64,000 bases of DNA, taken from an uncultured Clostridia bacterium. Its GTDB lineage: Bacteria > Bacillota > Clostridia > TANB77 > CAG-508. The notes under the pieces were generated by a model. It did no database searches. It was not told where the DNA came from and saw only the letters and a program-made list of their open reading frames with translations. This document shows, in pieces, positions 49,189 to 57,733 of this stretch (position 1 is its first letter; every line of letters starts with the position of its first letter). The stretch covers positions 65,366 to 129,365 of the forward strand of contig CALXAV010000002.1 of NCBI GenBank assembly GCA_944386385.1. Reading direction: 5' to 3'. The position numbers were made by a program, and so were the translations under genes.

Positions 49189-49974
49189 ATGGAAAATTTA
49201 GATTTTTTAATAAATTATTTATTAGAAGAAAATAAAGAAGTGAAGGTAGAAAATATCTCAGAAGATATGATATCTAAAAAGAGATTATATAGGTCTTTAT
49301 GTAATATAAGAGATGTAAAGCCAATATCTGAGGAGTATTTAAAAATTGAAAATGAATATTTACAAAGTGAATTAAAAAATAAAGTAATAACAGAGGTAAA
49401 AGATATAGAAGCTTTAGGAAAGGAATTTCCAAAAAGTAAAATATGTTTATGGCAAGGAGATATTACAACATTAAAAATAGAAGCAATTGTAAATGCAGCA
49501 AATTCTGGAGGAGTAGGTTGCTTTATTCCTTGTCATAATTGCATAGATAACATCATTAATTCTGCAAGTGGAGTTAGCTTAAGGCTTGAGTGTGGAAAAG
49601 TCATGGAAAAGATAGGTGTATTAGAAACAGGAAAGGCTTTTATTATAAAAGGATATAATTTGCCATCAGAACATGTAATTCATACTGTTGGACCTATAAT
49701 TTATGATTTTGTAACTGAAGAAAAGGAAGAAGATTTAGCTAATTGTTATATTAATTCTTTGAAACTTGCAAAAGAAAATAATATAAGAGAGGTTGCTTTT
49801 CCTTGTATTTCAACAGGAGAATTTCATTTTCCAAAAGATTTAGCAAGTGAGATAGCAATTAGAAGTGTTAAAGAATTTTTGAGTAAAAATAAAGACTATT
49901 TTGATAAAGTTGTATTTAATGTATTTACAGACGAAGATTATGAAATTTACAAAGAAAATCTAAAGGAAGGATAG
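49189..49974 (+). CDS. macrodomain protein (protein-ADP-ribose hydrolase type)
   Basis: 'LWQGDITTLKIEAIVNAANS...GG..IDN.I..ASG...HTVGP...AFPCISTG'. Confidence 0.85.
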   Translation: MENLDFLINYLLEENKEVKVENISEDMISKKRLYRSLCNIRDVKPISEEYLKIENEYLQSELKNKVITEVKDIEALGKEFPKSKICLWQGDITTLKIEAIVNAANSGGVGCFIPCHNCIDNIINSASGVSLRLECGKVMEKIGVLETGKAFIIKGYNLPSEHVIHTVGPIIYDFVTEEKEEDLANCYINSLKLAKENNIREVAFPCISTGEFHFPKDLASEIAIRSVKEFLSKNKDYFDKVVFNVFTDEDYEIYKENLKEG

Positions 49975-49976
49975 AA

Positions 49977-50825
49977 ATGGAAGAGTATAATAAGAGAATA
50001 TCAGAAGTAAAGAATTTAATAAGTAAAGCAGACTATGTATTAATAGGTGCAGGCTCAGGTTTATCCACAGCAGCGGGGTTAGAATATTTTGGAGAAAGTT
50101 TTGAAAAGAATTTTAAAGAGTTTATAGAAAAATATAATTTTCCTGATTTATATTCAGCTTCTTTTTATGATTTTAATACTCAAGAAGAGAAGTGGGCATT
50201 TTTCGCAAAAATGATTTATTTAAATAGATTTAATAAAGAGCCTCTAAAATTATATCAAGAAATATATTCTTTAATAAAAGAAAAAGATTATTTTGTAATT
50301 ACAACTAATGTAGACGGTCAGTTTGAAAAAGCAGGATTTGAAAAAGAAAGAGTATTTGAAACACAAGGAGATTATGCTTATCTTCAATGTGAGAACGCAT
50401 GCCATAATAAATTATATTATAATTATGATTTAGTAAATGAATGGCTAAAAAATACAAAAGACTGTAAAATACCAAGTAATATAGTTCCTAAATGTCCAGT
50501 ATGTGGTGGGAATATGGAAATGAATTTGAGAAAAGATGCAAATTTTGTCCAAGATGAAAATTGGTATAAACAAGATAAAAGATATGGAGAGTTTTTAGAT
50601 AAATCACAAGATAAAAATTTATTATTACTAGAAATAGGAGTTGGATTTAATACTCCTGGAATAATAAGATTTCCATTTGAACAAATGGTATATAACAATA
50701 TAAATACACATTTAGTTAGAATTAATAAAGATTATGCTTTTGCAAGCAAAGAGATAGAAGATAAAACAATCCTATTTGATGAAGATACAAATAAGATAAT
50801 AAATGATTTAAGGAGAAAAGAATGA
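49977..50825 (+). CDS. SIR2-family protein, SirTM-like
   Basis: 'IGAGSGLSTAAG', 'ITTNVDGQF', zinc ribbon 'C..C...CPVCGG'; 'ETQGD' where canonical sirtuins have ELHG (my alignment). Confidence 0.75.
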   Translation: MEEYNKRISEVKNLISKADYVLIGAGSGLSTAAGLEYFGESFEKNFKEFIEKYNFPDLYSASFYDFNTQEEKWAFFAKMIYLNRFNKEPLKLYQEIYSLIKEKDYFVITTNVDGQFEKAGFEKERVFETQGDYAYLQCENACHNKLYYNYDLVNEWLKNTKDCKIPSNIVPKCPVCGGNMEMNLRKDANFVQDENWYKQDKRYGEFLDKSQDKNLLLLEIGVGFNTPGIIRFPFEQMVYNNINTHLVRINKDYAFASKEIEDKTILFDEDTNKIINDLRRKE

Positions 50826-51769
50826 TAATAAATACAGGTTGTAGAACAGATATACCAGCATTTTATTCAAAATGGCTAATGAACAGAATAAAAGAAGGAT
50901 ATGTAATGGTAAGAAATCCATATAATCCAAGCCAAGTAACAAAATATAGTCTAAGCCCAGATGTGGTAGACTGTTTAGCTTTTTGTACAAAAAATCCAGA
51001 ACCTATTTTGAAATATTTAGATGAATTAGATATTTATAGGCAATTTTGGTTTGTTACAATTACACCTTATGGAAAAGATATAGAGCCAAATGTACCAGAA
51101 AAGGAAAAAGTAATAGAAAGCTTTAAAAAGTTATCAAAACATGTAGGAGTAAATTCTATTTTTTGGAGATATGATCCAATCTTTATAAACGATGAATTTA
51201 CTGTATCTAAACATATAGAATGTTTTGAAAAGTTTGCTAAAGAATTAAAAGGATATACTAGAGATTGTACTATTAGTTTTTTAGATTTATATCAAAAAGT
51301 AAAAAGGAATGCACCTGATATAAAACCACCATCAAAAGAAGAACAAATAGAAATTGCAAAAACTTTTGTAAAAATAGGCAAAGAAAATGATATGGTAATT
51401 CATGGGTGCTGTGAAGGGGTATTTTTATCAGAATATGGAGTTGACTGCAAAGGTTGTATGAGTCAAGAAATTGTTGAGAAAAGTGTTAGAACAAAATTAA
51501 AACCACCAAAGAGAAAAAATATTAGAGAAGGTTGTAATTGCTTAATGGGAAATGATATTGGTGCTTATGATAGCTGTGGACATTTTTGTAAATATTGTTA
51601 TGCAAATAGTAATAAGGAATTAGTTAAGCAAAACATGAAAAGACATATAGAAACATCTCCATTTTTAATAGGAAAAGAAGAGCCTGGAGATAATATAACA
51701 GAAGCAAAACAAAAATCATGGATTATACGGAGAACAACTAAGTTTCTTATAGAGAGGAGAATAATGTGA
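50822..51769 (+). CDS. DUF1848-family protein (Cys-rich)
   Basis: '[21 protein letters not shown]' N-terminus and '[11 protein letters not shown]'; ATGA overlap with the SIR2 stop. Confidence 0.7.
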   Translation: MIINTGCRTDIPAFYSKWLMNRIKEGYVMVRNPYNPSQVTKYSLSPDVVDCLAFCTKNPEPILKYLDELDIYRQFWFVTITPYGKDIEPNVPEKEKVIESFKKLSKHVGVNSIFWRYDPIFINDEFTVSKHIECFEKFAKELKGYTRDCTISFLDLYQKVKRNAPDIKPPSKEEQIEIAKTFVKIGKENDMVIHGCCEGVFLSEYGVDCKGCMSQEIVEKSVRTKLKPPKRKNIREGCNCLMGNDIGAYDSCGHFCKYCYANSNKELVKQNMKRHIETSPFLIGKEEPGDNITEAKQKSWIIRRTTKFLIERRIM

Positions 51770-52035
51770 ATGAAAATGAATATAAATTTAATGCTATTAT
51801 AAAAAAAGTGCCAGATATAGATGGAGCATATATAGAGTTCCCATATGATGTAAGAAAAGAATTTGGAAAAGGAAGAGTAAAAGTAACAGCGACATTTGAC
51901 GGTGTAGAATATAATGGAAGTTTAGTTAAAATGGGAACACCTTGCCATATAATAGGAATAAGAAAAGATATTAGAAAGAAGATAGGAAAACAGCCAGGAG
52001 ATATGATAAAAGTTACAATTAAGGAAAGAATATAG
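51766..52035 (+). CDS. DUF1905-family small protein
   Basis: GTG start overlapping the upstream stop (GTGA), GAGAGGAG RBS; '[26 protein letters not shown]'. Confidence 0.65.
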   Translation: MNENEYKFNAIIKKVPDIDGAYIEFPYDVRKEFGKGRVKVTATFDGVEYNGSLVKMGTPCHIIGIRKDIRKKIGKQPGDMIKVTIKERI

Positions 52036-52143
52036 ATATATATTACGAGGAAGGATAAGTAACAAAACTATAAAAAGTTATGTTGATAATTTTCTATATT
52101 TTTGATATATTGGGATTATAAATAATAAAAGAAGAGGAATAAG

Positions 52144-52618
52144 ATGAAACAAAACTTGAACAAAACAAATGTAATGAGAATATTAGACCAAAAGAAAATA
52201 AATTATAAAATTTATCATTATGAAGATGTAATAAGTGGAATAGATGTAGCAAAAACTTTAGGAGAAGATCCAAATCAAGTTTTTAAAACACTAGTTACTG
52301 TCCGGACATAGTAAAGAATATTATGTGTTTTTAGTTCCTGTAAACAAGGAATTAGATTTAAAAAAAGCAGCACATACAGTAAGAGAGAAAAGTGTTGAAA
52401 TGATAAAATCAAAAGAATTATTTCCTCTTACTGGTTATATACATGGAGGATGTTCTCCAATAGGAATGAAAAAACAATTTAAAACAGTAATTGATATAAC
52501 TGCTAAAGATTTTGAAACAATAATTTTTAGTGGCGGTAAAATAGGATACCAAGTAGAAGTAACTTTAAATGATTTACAAAAAGTTATAGATTTTATATTA
52601 GAAAATATAAAAGCTTAA
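52144..52618 (+). pseudogene. YbaK-type Cys-tRNA(Pro) deacylase, frame broken near 52303-52306
   Basis: 'NVMRILDQKKINYKIY...VFKTLVTV' then, in another frame, 'HSKEYYVFLVPVNKELDLKKAA...GGCSPIG'. Confidence 0.7.
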
Positions 52619-52745
52619 AAGACTTATAGTAAATATAAAGGACATTGTTTGTTGACATTTTTAGTCTGAAATTAGATAATAAAAATGCAGAAATAAAAAT
52701 AGAATTAAAGAAGTAAAAAATGTAATTAGAAATGGAGAAATTAAT

Positions 52746-53885
52746 ATGTTATACAAAGATTTTAAAGGTCTAAAATTATCAAATTTAGGATTAGGAACAA
52801 TGAGACTACCTAACAAAGGAGTAGATAGTGATGTACCAGTGGATGAGGAAGAAACAGCAAAAATGGTAGATTATGCTTTAAAAAATGGAATTAATTATTT
52901 TGATACAGCTTGGGGATATCATAATGGAGAATCAGAAAAAGTTATTGGAAAAGTTTTAAGTAAATATCCAAGAGATAGTTTTTATTTAGCAACCAAATTT
53001 CCTGGATATGATTTAGCAAACATGGATAAAGTAGAAGAGATATTTGAAAAGCAGTTAGAAAAATGCCAAGTAGATTATTTTGACTTTTATTTATTTCATA
53101 ATGTAAATGATAAAAATATTGAAGCATATTTAGATCCTAAATATGGAATATTTGATTATTTAATGAAACAAAAAGAAAACGGAAGAATTAAGCATTTAGG
53201 ATTTTCAATACATGGAGACTTTGATATATTAAAAAGATTTTTAAATGCTTACGGAAACTATATGGAATTTTGTCAAATACAATTAAATTATTTGGATTAT
53301 GATTTCCAAGATGCTAAAGCTAAAGTTGAGTTATTAAATGAATACAATATTCCTATTTGGGTCATGGAACCTTTAAGAGGAGGAAAACTTACAAAACTTC
53401 CAGAAGAACAAGAAAGTAAATTAAAAGCATTAAGACCAGATGAAACAACTGTTGGATGGGCATTTAGATTTTTACAAAGTATACCAGGTGTAACAATGGT
53501 TCTTTCTGGAATGTCATCAATGGAACAATTACAAGAAAATATTAAGATATTTAGTGAAGATAAAACTCTTAATGAAGAAGAAATGAATACTTTATTAGAA
53601 ATAGCAAAAGGAATGCTTAAAGGAAATGTTTTACCTTGTACAGCTTGTAGATATTGTACCTCACATTGCCCAATGGGACTTGATATTCCAAAGCTACTTG
53701 CTTTATATAATGAACATTGTTTTACAGGTGGAGGATTTATTGCACCAATGGCCATTAGTTCACTTCCAGATGATAAAAAACCAAGTGCTTGCATAGCTTG
53801 CAAGAGTTGCGAGGCAGTTTGTCCTCAAGAAATAAAAATATCAGAAGCAATGGCAGATTTTGCTAAGAAATTAGAACAAGGGTAG
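52746..53885 (+). CDS. aldo/keto reductase with C-terminal 4Fe-4S domain (paralog of 46641-47762)
   Basis: Same architecture; 'CTACRYCTSHCP...CIACKSCEAVCP'. Confidence 0.8.
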   Translation: MLYKDFKGLKLSNLGLGTMRLPNKGVDSDVPVDEEETAKMVDYALKNGINYFDTAWGYHNGESEKVIGKVLSKYPRDSFYLATKFPGYDLANMDKVEEIFEKQLEKCQVDYFDFYLFHNVNDKNIEAYLDPKYGIFDYLMKQKENGRIKHLGFSIHGDFDILKRFLNAYGNYMEFCQIQLNYLDYDFQDAKAKVELLNEYNIPIWVMEPLRGGKLTKLPEEQESKLKALRPDETTVGWAFRFLQSIPGVTMVLSGMSSMEQLQENIKIFSEDKTLNEEEMNTLLEIAKGMLKGNVLPCTACRYCTSHCPMGLDIPKLLALYNEHCFTGGGFIAPMAISSLPDDKKPSACIACKSCEAVCPQEIKISEAMADFAKKLEQG

Positions 53886-53889
53886 AAAT

Positions 53890-54099
53890 ATGGATAGATT
53901 AGAAAGATTTGAAAAAGCTCTAAATGATATAGTAGATGGATATAATAAATTAGGTGAAGAATTAGAAGATTTGAGAAATCAAGGGAAAGTAAAAACTACA
54001 AAATTTAGAGAACTTTTAGGAAAGAAATTAGTTTATAGTATGATAATTACTATATTTAAAAGATATGACTTAATTGATAAAGATTTGTTAAAATATTAA
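53890..54099 (+). CDS. 69-aa hypothetical protein
   Basis: Starts 4 nt after the AKR stop. Confidence 0.4.
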   Translation: MDRLERFEKALNDIVDGYNKLGEELEDLRNQGKVKTTKFRELLGKKLVYSMIITIFKRYDLIDKDLLKY

Positions 54100-54113
54100 A
54101 AGTAGAGGGAGGT

Positions 54114-55169
54114 TTAAGAGTTCTTGAATCTCTTTCTTTGTTCCATTTGTGCTTTTGCTATTTTTATGCTATCAAGTAATTTTTGTTCTAATATTTTTGT
54201 AGGAACATATTTGGTTAAATATTCAGCAACATGAATATTACTATTATCTAAACCAAGTAATTCAGTCATCATTTTACTTTTACTTGCACATAATATTATT
54301 GCAACAGGAGATTGTTCTCCTTCTGCTTTTTCATATTTATCAAGATATTTTAAATAAAGCTCCACTTGTCCTTTGTATTCAGGTCTAAACTTATCTAATT
54401 TAAGCTCGATAACAACGAGTCTTTTCATTTTTCTGTGATAGAAGAGTAAATCTATATAATAATCTTCTCCATCTATTGTTATTCTTTTTTGTCTTCCCAT
54501 ATATGCAAAATCATTTCCCATTTCTAAAATAAATTTTTCTAGTTCGCTTAAAATAGCGTTTTCTAGGTCTTTTTCACTATATGTATCTTTTAAATTAAGA
54601 AAATCTAAAACATAGGGGTCTCTAAAGAATAAATCAGGAGTCATTTTATTTTCTTCTCTTAATAATTGTAATTCATTTTTTATTGTTTCTTCTGGCTTTT
54701 TAGATATTGCAGTTCTTTCAAATAAGGCAGAGCCAATTCTTTCTCTTAAAGTTTTCACAGACCAATGTTCATTTAAACACATTGTAATATAAAATTCTTG
54801 CTTTACATTATCTTTAACTTGTAATAGTTCAACAAAATGAGACCAGCTCAATTGTTGCGACAGTGTCGCAACAATTCCAAAATCTGAAAAACAACTATAA
54901 AATTTTATCATCTTAAATAAATTTCTTTCACTATATCCTTTACCATAATTTATTATAAGTCTTTTGCTTAACTCTTTTATTATAGACTTTCCATATTCTG
55001 CTTTCTCATTTTTTAGTACATTTTCTGTTATGTCTTTTCCTATCTTCCAATATAATAATGTCATTTCTCTGTTTACATTTGTTACTACATTTCTTTTAGC
55101 GTCTTCTATAAGATAAACTATTCTGTTGTATAAATTATTTATATTATTATTTTTTTCTAGTTCGTTCAT
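54114..55169 (-). CDS. DUF1016 / YhcG-family PD-(D/E)XK nuclease
   Basis: 'LSQQLSWSHFVELL', 'DPYVLDFL', 'IDLLFYH...LVVIELK' motifs. Confidence 0.85.
   Translation of the reverse strand: MNELEKNNNINNLYNRIVYLIEDAKRNVVTNVNREMTLLYWKIGKDITENVLKNEKAEYGKSIIKELSKRLIINYGKGYSERNLFKMIKFYSCFSDFGIVATLSQQLSWSHFVELLQVKDNVKQEFYITMCLNEHWSVKTLRERIGSALFERTAISKKPEETIKNELQLLREENKMTPDLFFRDPYVLDFLNLKDTYSEKDLENAILSELEKFILEMGNDFAYMGRQKRITIDGEDYYIDLLFYHRKMKRLVVIELKLDKFRPEYKGQVELYLKYLDKYEKAEGEQSPVAIILCASKSKMMTELLGLDNSNIHVAEYLTKYVPTKILEQKLLDSIKIAKAQMEQRKRFKNS
54850..54876. repeat. palindrome R4, inside the DUF1016 CDS
   Basis: AATTGTTGCGAC-agt-GTCGCAACAATT, 12-bp perfect arms; encodes IVATLSQQL. Confidence 0.9.
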
Positions 55170-55385
55170 TTGTTACCTTCTTTCTATTTTAAAAATTTAC
55201 TGGTTTTTTATAAGTCAAAAAGTTTTTAATTTAAAGCAAATAAAAATATTTAACTGTATTTTTCAATAGAAGAGAGAATATACGAGGACACATTTAATTA
55301 AATTTTAATTATGCTTATAAGGAAAGATATAAGTATATAAAAGTTTAATGAATAGAAATAATATTCGGATAAGATATACTTATTT

Positions 55386-55414
55386 GAATTTTGCCGACGC
55401 CGTCGGCAAAATTC
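55386..55414. repeat. palindrome R1
   Basis: GAATTTTGCCGACG-c-CGTCGGCAAAATTC, 14-bp perfect arms. Confidence 0.9.
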
Positions 55415-55510
55415 AAAATTTGATAGAAATAAATATTCTACTTCAATTCAAAATGAGAGATATAAAGACTTAGTTAACAGTGACAGTAATAAATAAGCTA
55501 TACTTATCCG

Positions 55511-55537
55511 AATTGTCTCGACGCTGTCGAGACAATT
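55511..55537. repeat. palindrome R2
   Basis: AATTGTCTCGAC-gct-GTCGAGACAATT, 12-bp perfect arms. Confidence 0.9.
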
Positions 55538-55778
55538 ACAAAATTTGTAAATGATAAAATAATTTGGAAATTAAAAACACAATGAATAAACCCTAATAAA
55601 TAGGAACTTCAACAAATTTAAAATAATTAAAAATTGGATTTCTTTTTGATTAAATTTATTATGAAACTAAAAGGAATTTTAACTAAAAAATATTTTTTCC
55701 TTTTAAAAACAATTTGACTTAAAGAATATATACTATATATCATGTTTTATTGAAAAAGTAAAGCGATTTTATTTAAAA

Positions 55779-55800
55779 GTCGCAACAATTACAAAATTTG
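55779..55800. repeat. half-site R3 with conserved flank
   Basis: GTCGCAACAATT-ACAAAATTTG, matches the right arms and flanks of R2/R4. Confidence 0.8.
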
Positions 55801-55853
55801 GGAAATAAACAAAAAATAAAAAGCAATTACTATCACATAAAAGTATTTGCTTT

Positions 55854-56096
55854 TTATTCATCTTCAAACTCAACATCTTTAAATAATGGGTCATTGAAAA
55901 AATCAGTTAATTCAATATTAAATCCCTCGCATATATGTAATATAGTAGCTAGCTTTGTACTTTTACTTTTTCCATAAAATATACTAAAAACTGTAGAATA
56001 TGATAATCCAGAATTAGTTGCTAATTTATTTATTGTTATGTTTTGTTCTTTACAAAGATTTATAATTCTATTTTGCACAGCGTTTGAAAGTTGCAT
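55854..56096 (-). CDS. XRE-family HTH regulator
   Basis: 'NRIINLCKEQNITINKLATNSGLSYSTVFSIFYGK'. Confidence 0.85.
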   Translation of the reverse strand: MQLSNAVQNRIINLCKEQNITINKLATNSGLSYSTVFSIFYGKSKSTKLATILHICEGFNIELTDFFNDPLFKDVEFEDE

Positions 56097-56147
56097 AAAC
56101 TCACCTCTTTTTGATATAAAAATTATATCAAAATGGAAACAAAAATA

Positions 56148-56165
56148 TTTGCGAATAATCGCAAA
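56148..56165. promoter_or_regulatory. operator-like dyad in the divergent control region
   Basis: TTTGCGA-ataa-TCGCAAA just upstream of the + strand -35; related half-site GTCGCAATAATT at 56213-56224. Confidence 0.45.
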
Positions 56166-56172
56166 TTAACTG

Positions 56173-56201
56173 TTGACTCTTTAATTTCTTTATAATATAA
56201 T
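56173..56201 (+). promoter_or_regulatory. consensus promoter facing the pilin-like gene
   Basis: TTGACT, 17 nt, TATAAT; implies a ~290-nt leader. Confidence 0.5.
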
Positions 56202-56493
56202 TATTACGAACAGTCGCAATAATTCTTAGATATTAAAAAATTAAAATAAGAAAATGAAAGCAATAAAATAAAAAAATATTTAAAAAGATTATAATAGATA
56301 AAAAATATTAAATAATATTGTAATTAAAATGTAATATTGAGATACTTGCAAATACCATATGTTTTTTATATACTAATAGAATATATGAGATGCTATGTAA
56401 AAACATAAAAGTAAATACAATTTTATAAATAGGTAATACATAATTTATAAAATTCAGAAAATACTAAAACCAAAGAAAAGAAGGAGATTTAAC

Positions 56494-57591
56494 ATGGGTA
56501 GAGTTGAAACAAAAATGAAAACAGAAAATGGTATTACGCTTATTGCTTTAGTCATTACGATTATAGTTTTATTAATTTTAGCCGGAGTATCAATTGCAAT
56601 GCTAACAGGAGAAAATGGAATTCTTACACAAGCACAAAAAGCAAAAAATCAAACAGATGATGCACAGTCAAAAGAAGAAACAACTTTGGGACAGTATGAA
56701 AGTTATATTAATAGAGCAACTGGAAATAGTGCAGAGGTAGGGAAAATTGTAACAGAAGGGAATAAACCATACACAAATAATGGAACAGCAATAATACCAG
56801 AAAGTTTTATGATAGTTCCAGGTTGTGATGATGTATCAAAAGGGCTTGTTATTTCAGATAATCCAAGTGATACAGAATTAGATAGTACTAATATAGTAGC
56901 AGAGGGAAATCAATTTGTATGGATACCAGTAACGGATGAAAGTAAATATATAAGAAATATAAATTATCCTAATACTGCAATTGCTGAAAAAGCATATACA
57001 GATATAGGATATTTACCAAATGGTATACAACCGTCAATAGATGATAGTACAAATAATGAAAATGCAGAAAAACAAGCAGTGTTACAATCAAAAGGCTTTT
57101 ATATATCAAGATATGAGGCAGGGAATGATGGCTCTAATAATTTAATTAGCCAAAAAGGAGTAGCTATATATAATAATATTTCACAAGAAGATAGCAAAAC
57201 AAAAGCAAAAACGTTTATAAATAATGAAAATGTTAAAAGTGCATTATGTTCGGGAATACAATGGGATGTAGTAATGGATTTCGTAAATGAAAAATTAGAT
57301 GGAAATGGTGTAGATAAGTTTTTGGTAACAGAATATAATGCTAATAGACATCTTTCTAAATCAACATCTGGACAAAATGAAGCAGATAAGGTATGCAATA
57401 TATATGATTTGGAAGGTAATTATTATGAATATGTAGCAGAAAAAAATTCTTATGGCGAAAGTGATTACCCTTATGTTGGAAGAGGAGGAATTGGTGGAGA
57501 GCCAAATACATTTACAGCGTCTAATCGTTATCGCAATAATGGGCTTACTAATTCAGATGTATCATTTCGTTTTGTACTTTATGTCATGTAA
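56494..57591 (+). CDS. prepilin-type N-terminal helix fused to an FGE/SUMF1-like domain
   Basis: 'NGITLIALVITIIVLLILAGVSIAMLTG'; C-part 'FYISRYEAG', 'CSGIQWD', 'NIYDLEGNYYEYV', 'FRFVLYV'. Confidence 0.65.
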   Translation: MGRVETKMKTENGITLIALVITIIVLLILAGVSIAMLTGENGILTQAQKAKNQTDDAQSKEETTLGQYESYINRATGNSAEVGKIVTEGNKPYTNNGTAIIPESFMIVPGCDDVSKGLVISDNPSDTELDSTNIVAEGNQFVWIPVTDESKYIRNINYPNTAIAEKAYTDIGYLPNGIQPSIDDSTNNENAEKQAVLQSKGFYISRYEAGNDGSNNLISQKGVAIYNNISQEDSKTKAKTFINNENVKSALCSGIQWDVVMDFVNEKLDGNGVDKFLVTEYNANRHLSKSTSGQNEADKVCNIYDLEGNYYEYVAEKNSYGESDYPYVGRGGIGGEPNTFTASNRYRNNGLTNSDVSFRFVLYVM

Positions 57592-57733
57592 CAATCAAGA
57601 CTTTTTAGTTCATTCTAAGAAGTCTTTTTGTTTGTAAAAAATAAAAGAAATTTGTAGAAAAATGTTTTAATCTGTAATAAGTTATGATAGAATAATAAAA
57701 AATAAGAAAGAAACTAAAGAAGAGGTGTAAATT

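Noticed and set aside
53297-53803. 168-aa minus-strand ORF inside the aldo/keto reductase gene
   Set aside because: There is no RBS and no recognisable family. The + strand frame is a complete AKR plus 4Fe-4S protein paralogous to 46641-47762.
55386-55800. Possibility that palindromes R1-R3 form a CRISPR array
   Set aside because: There are only three units, the spacing is irregular (about 125 and 270 bp), the repeat sequences differ from each other, and there are no cas genes.
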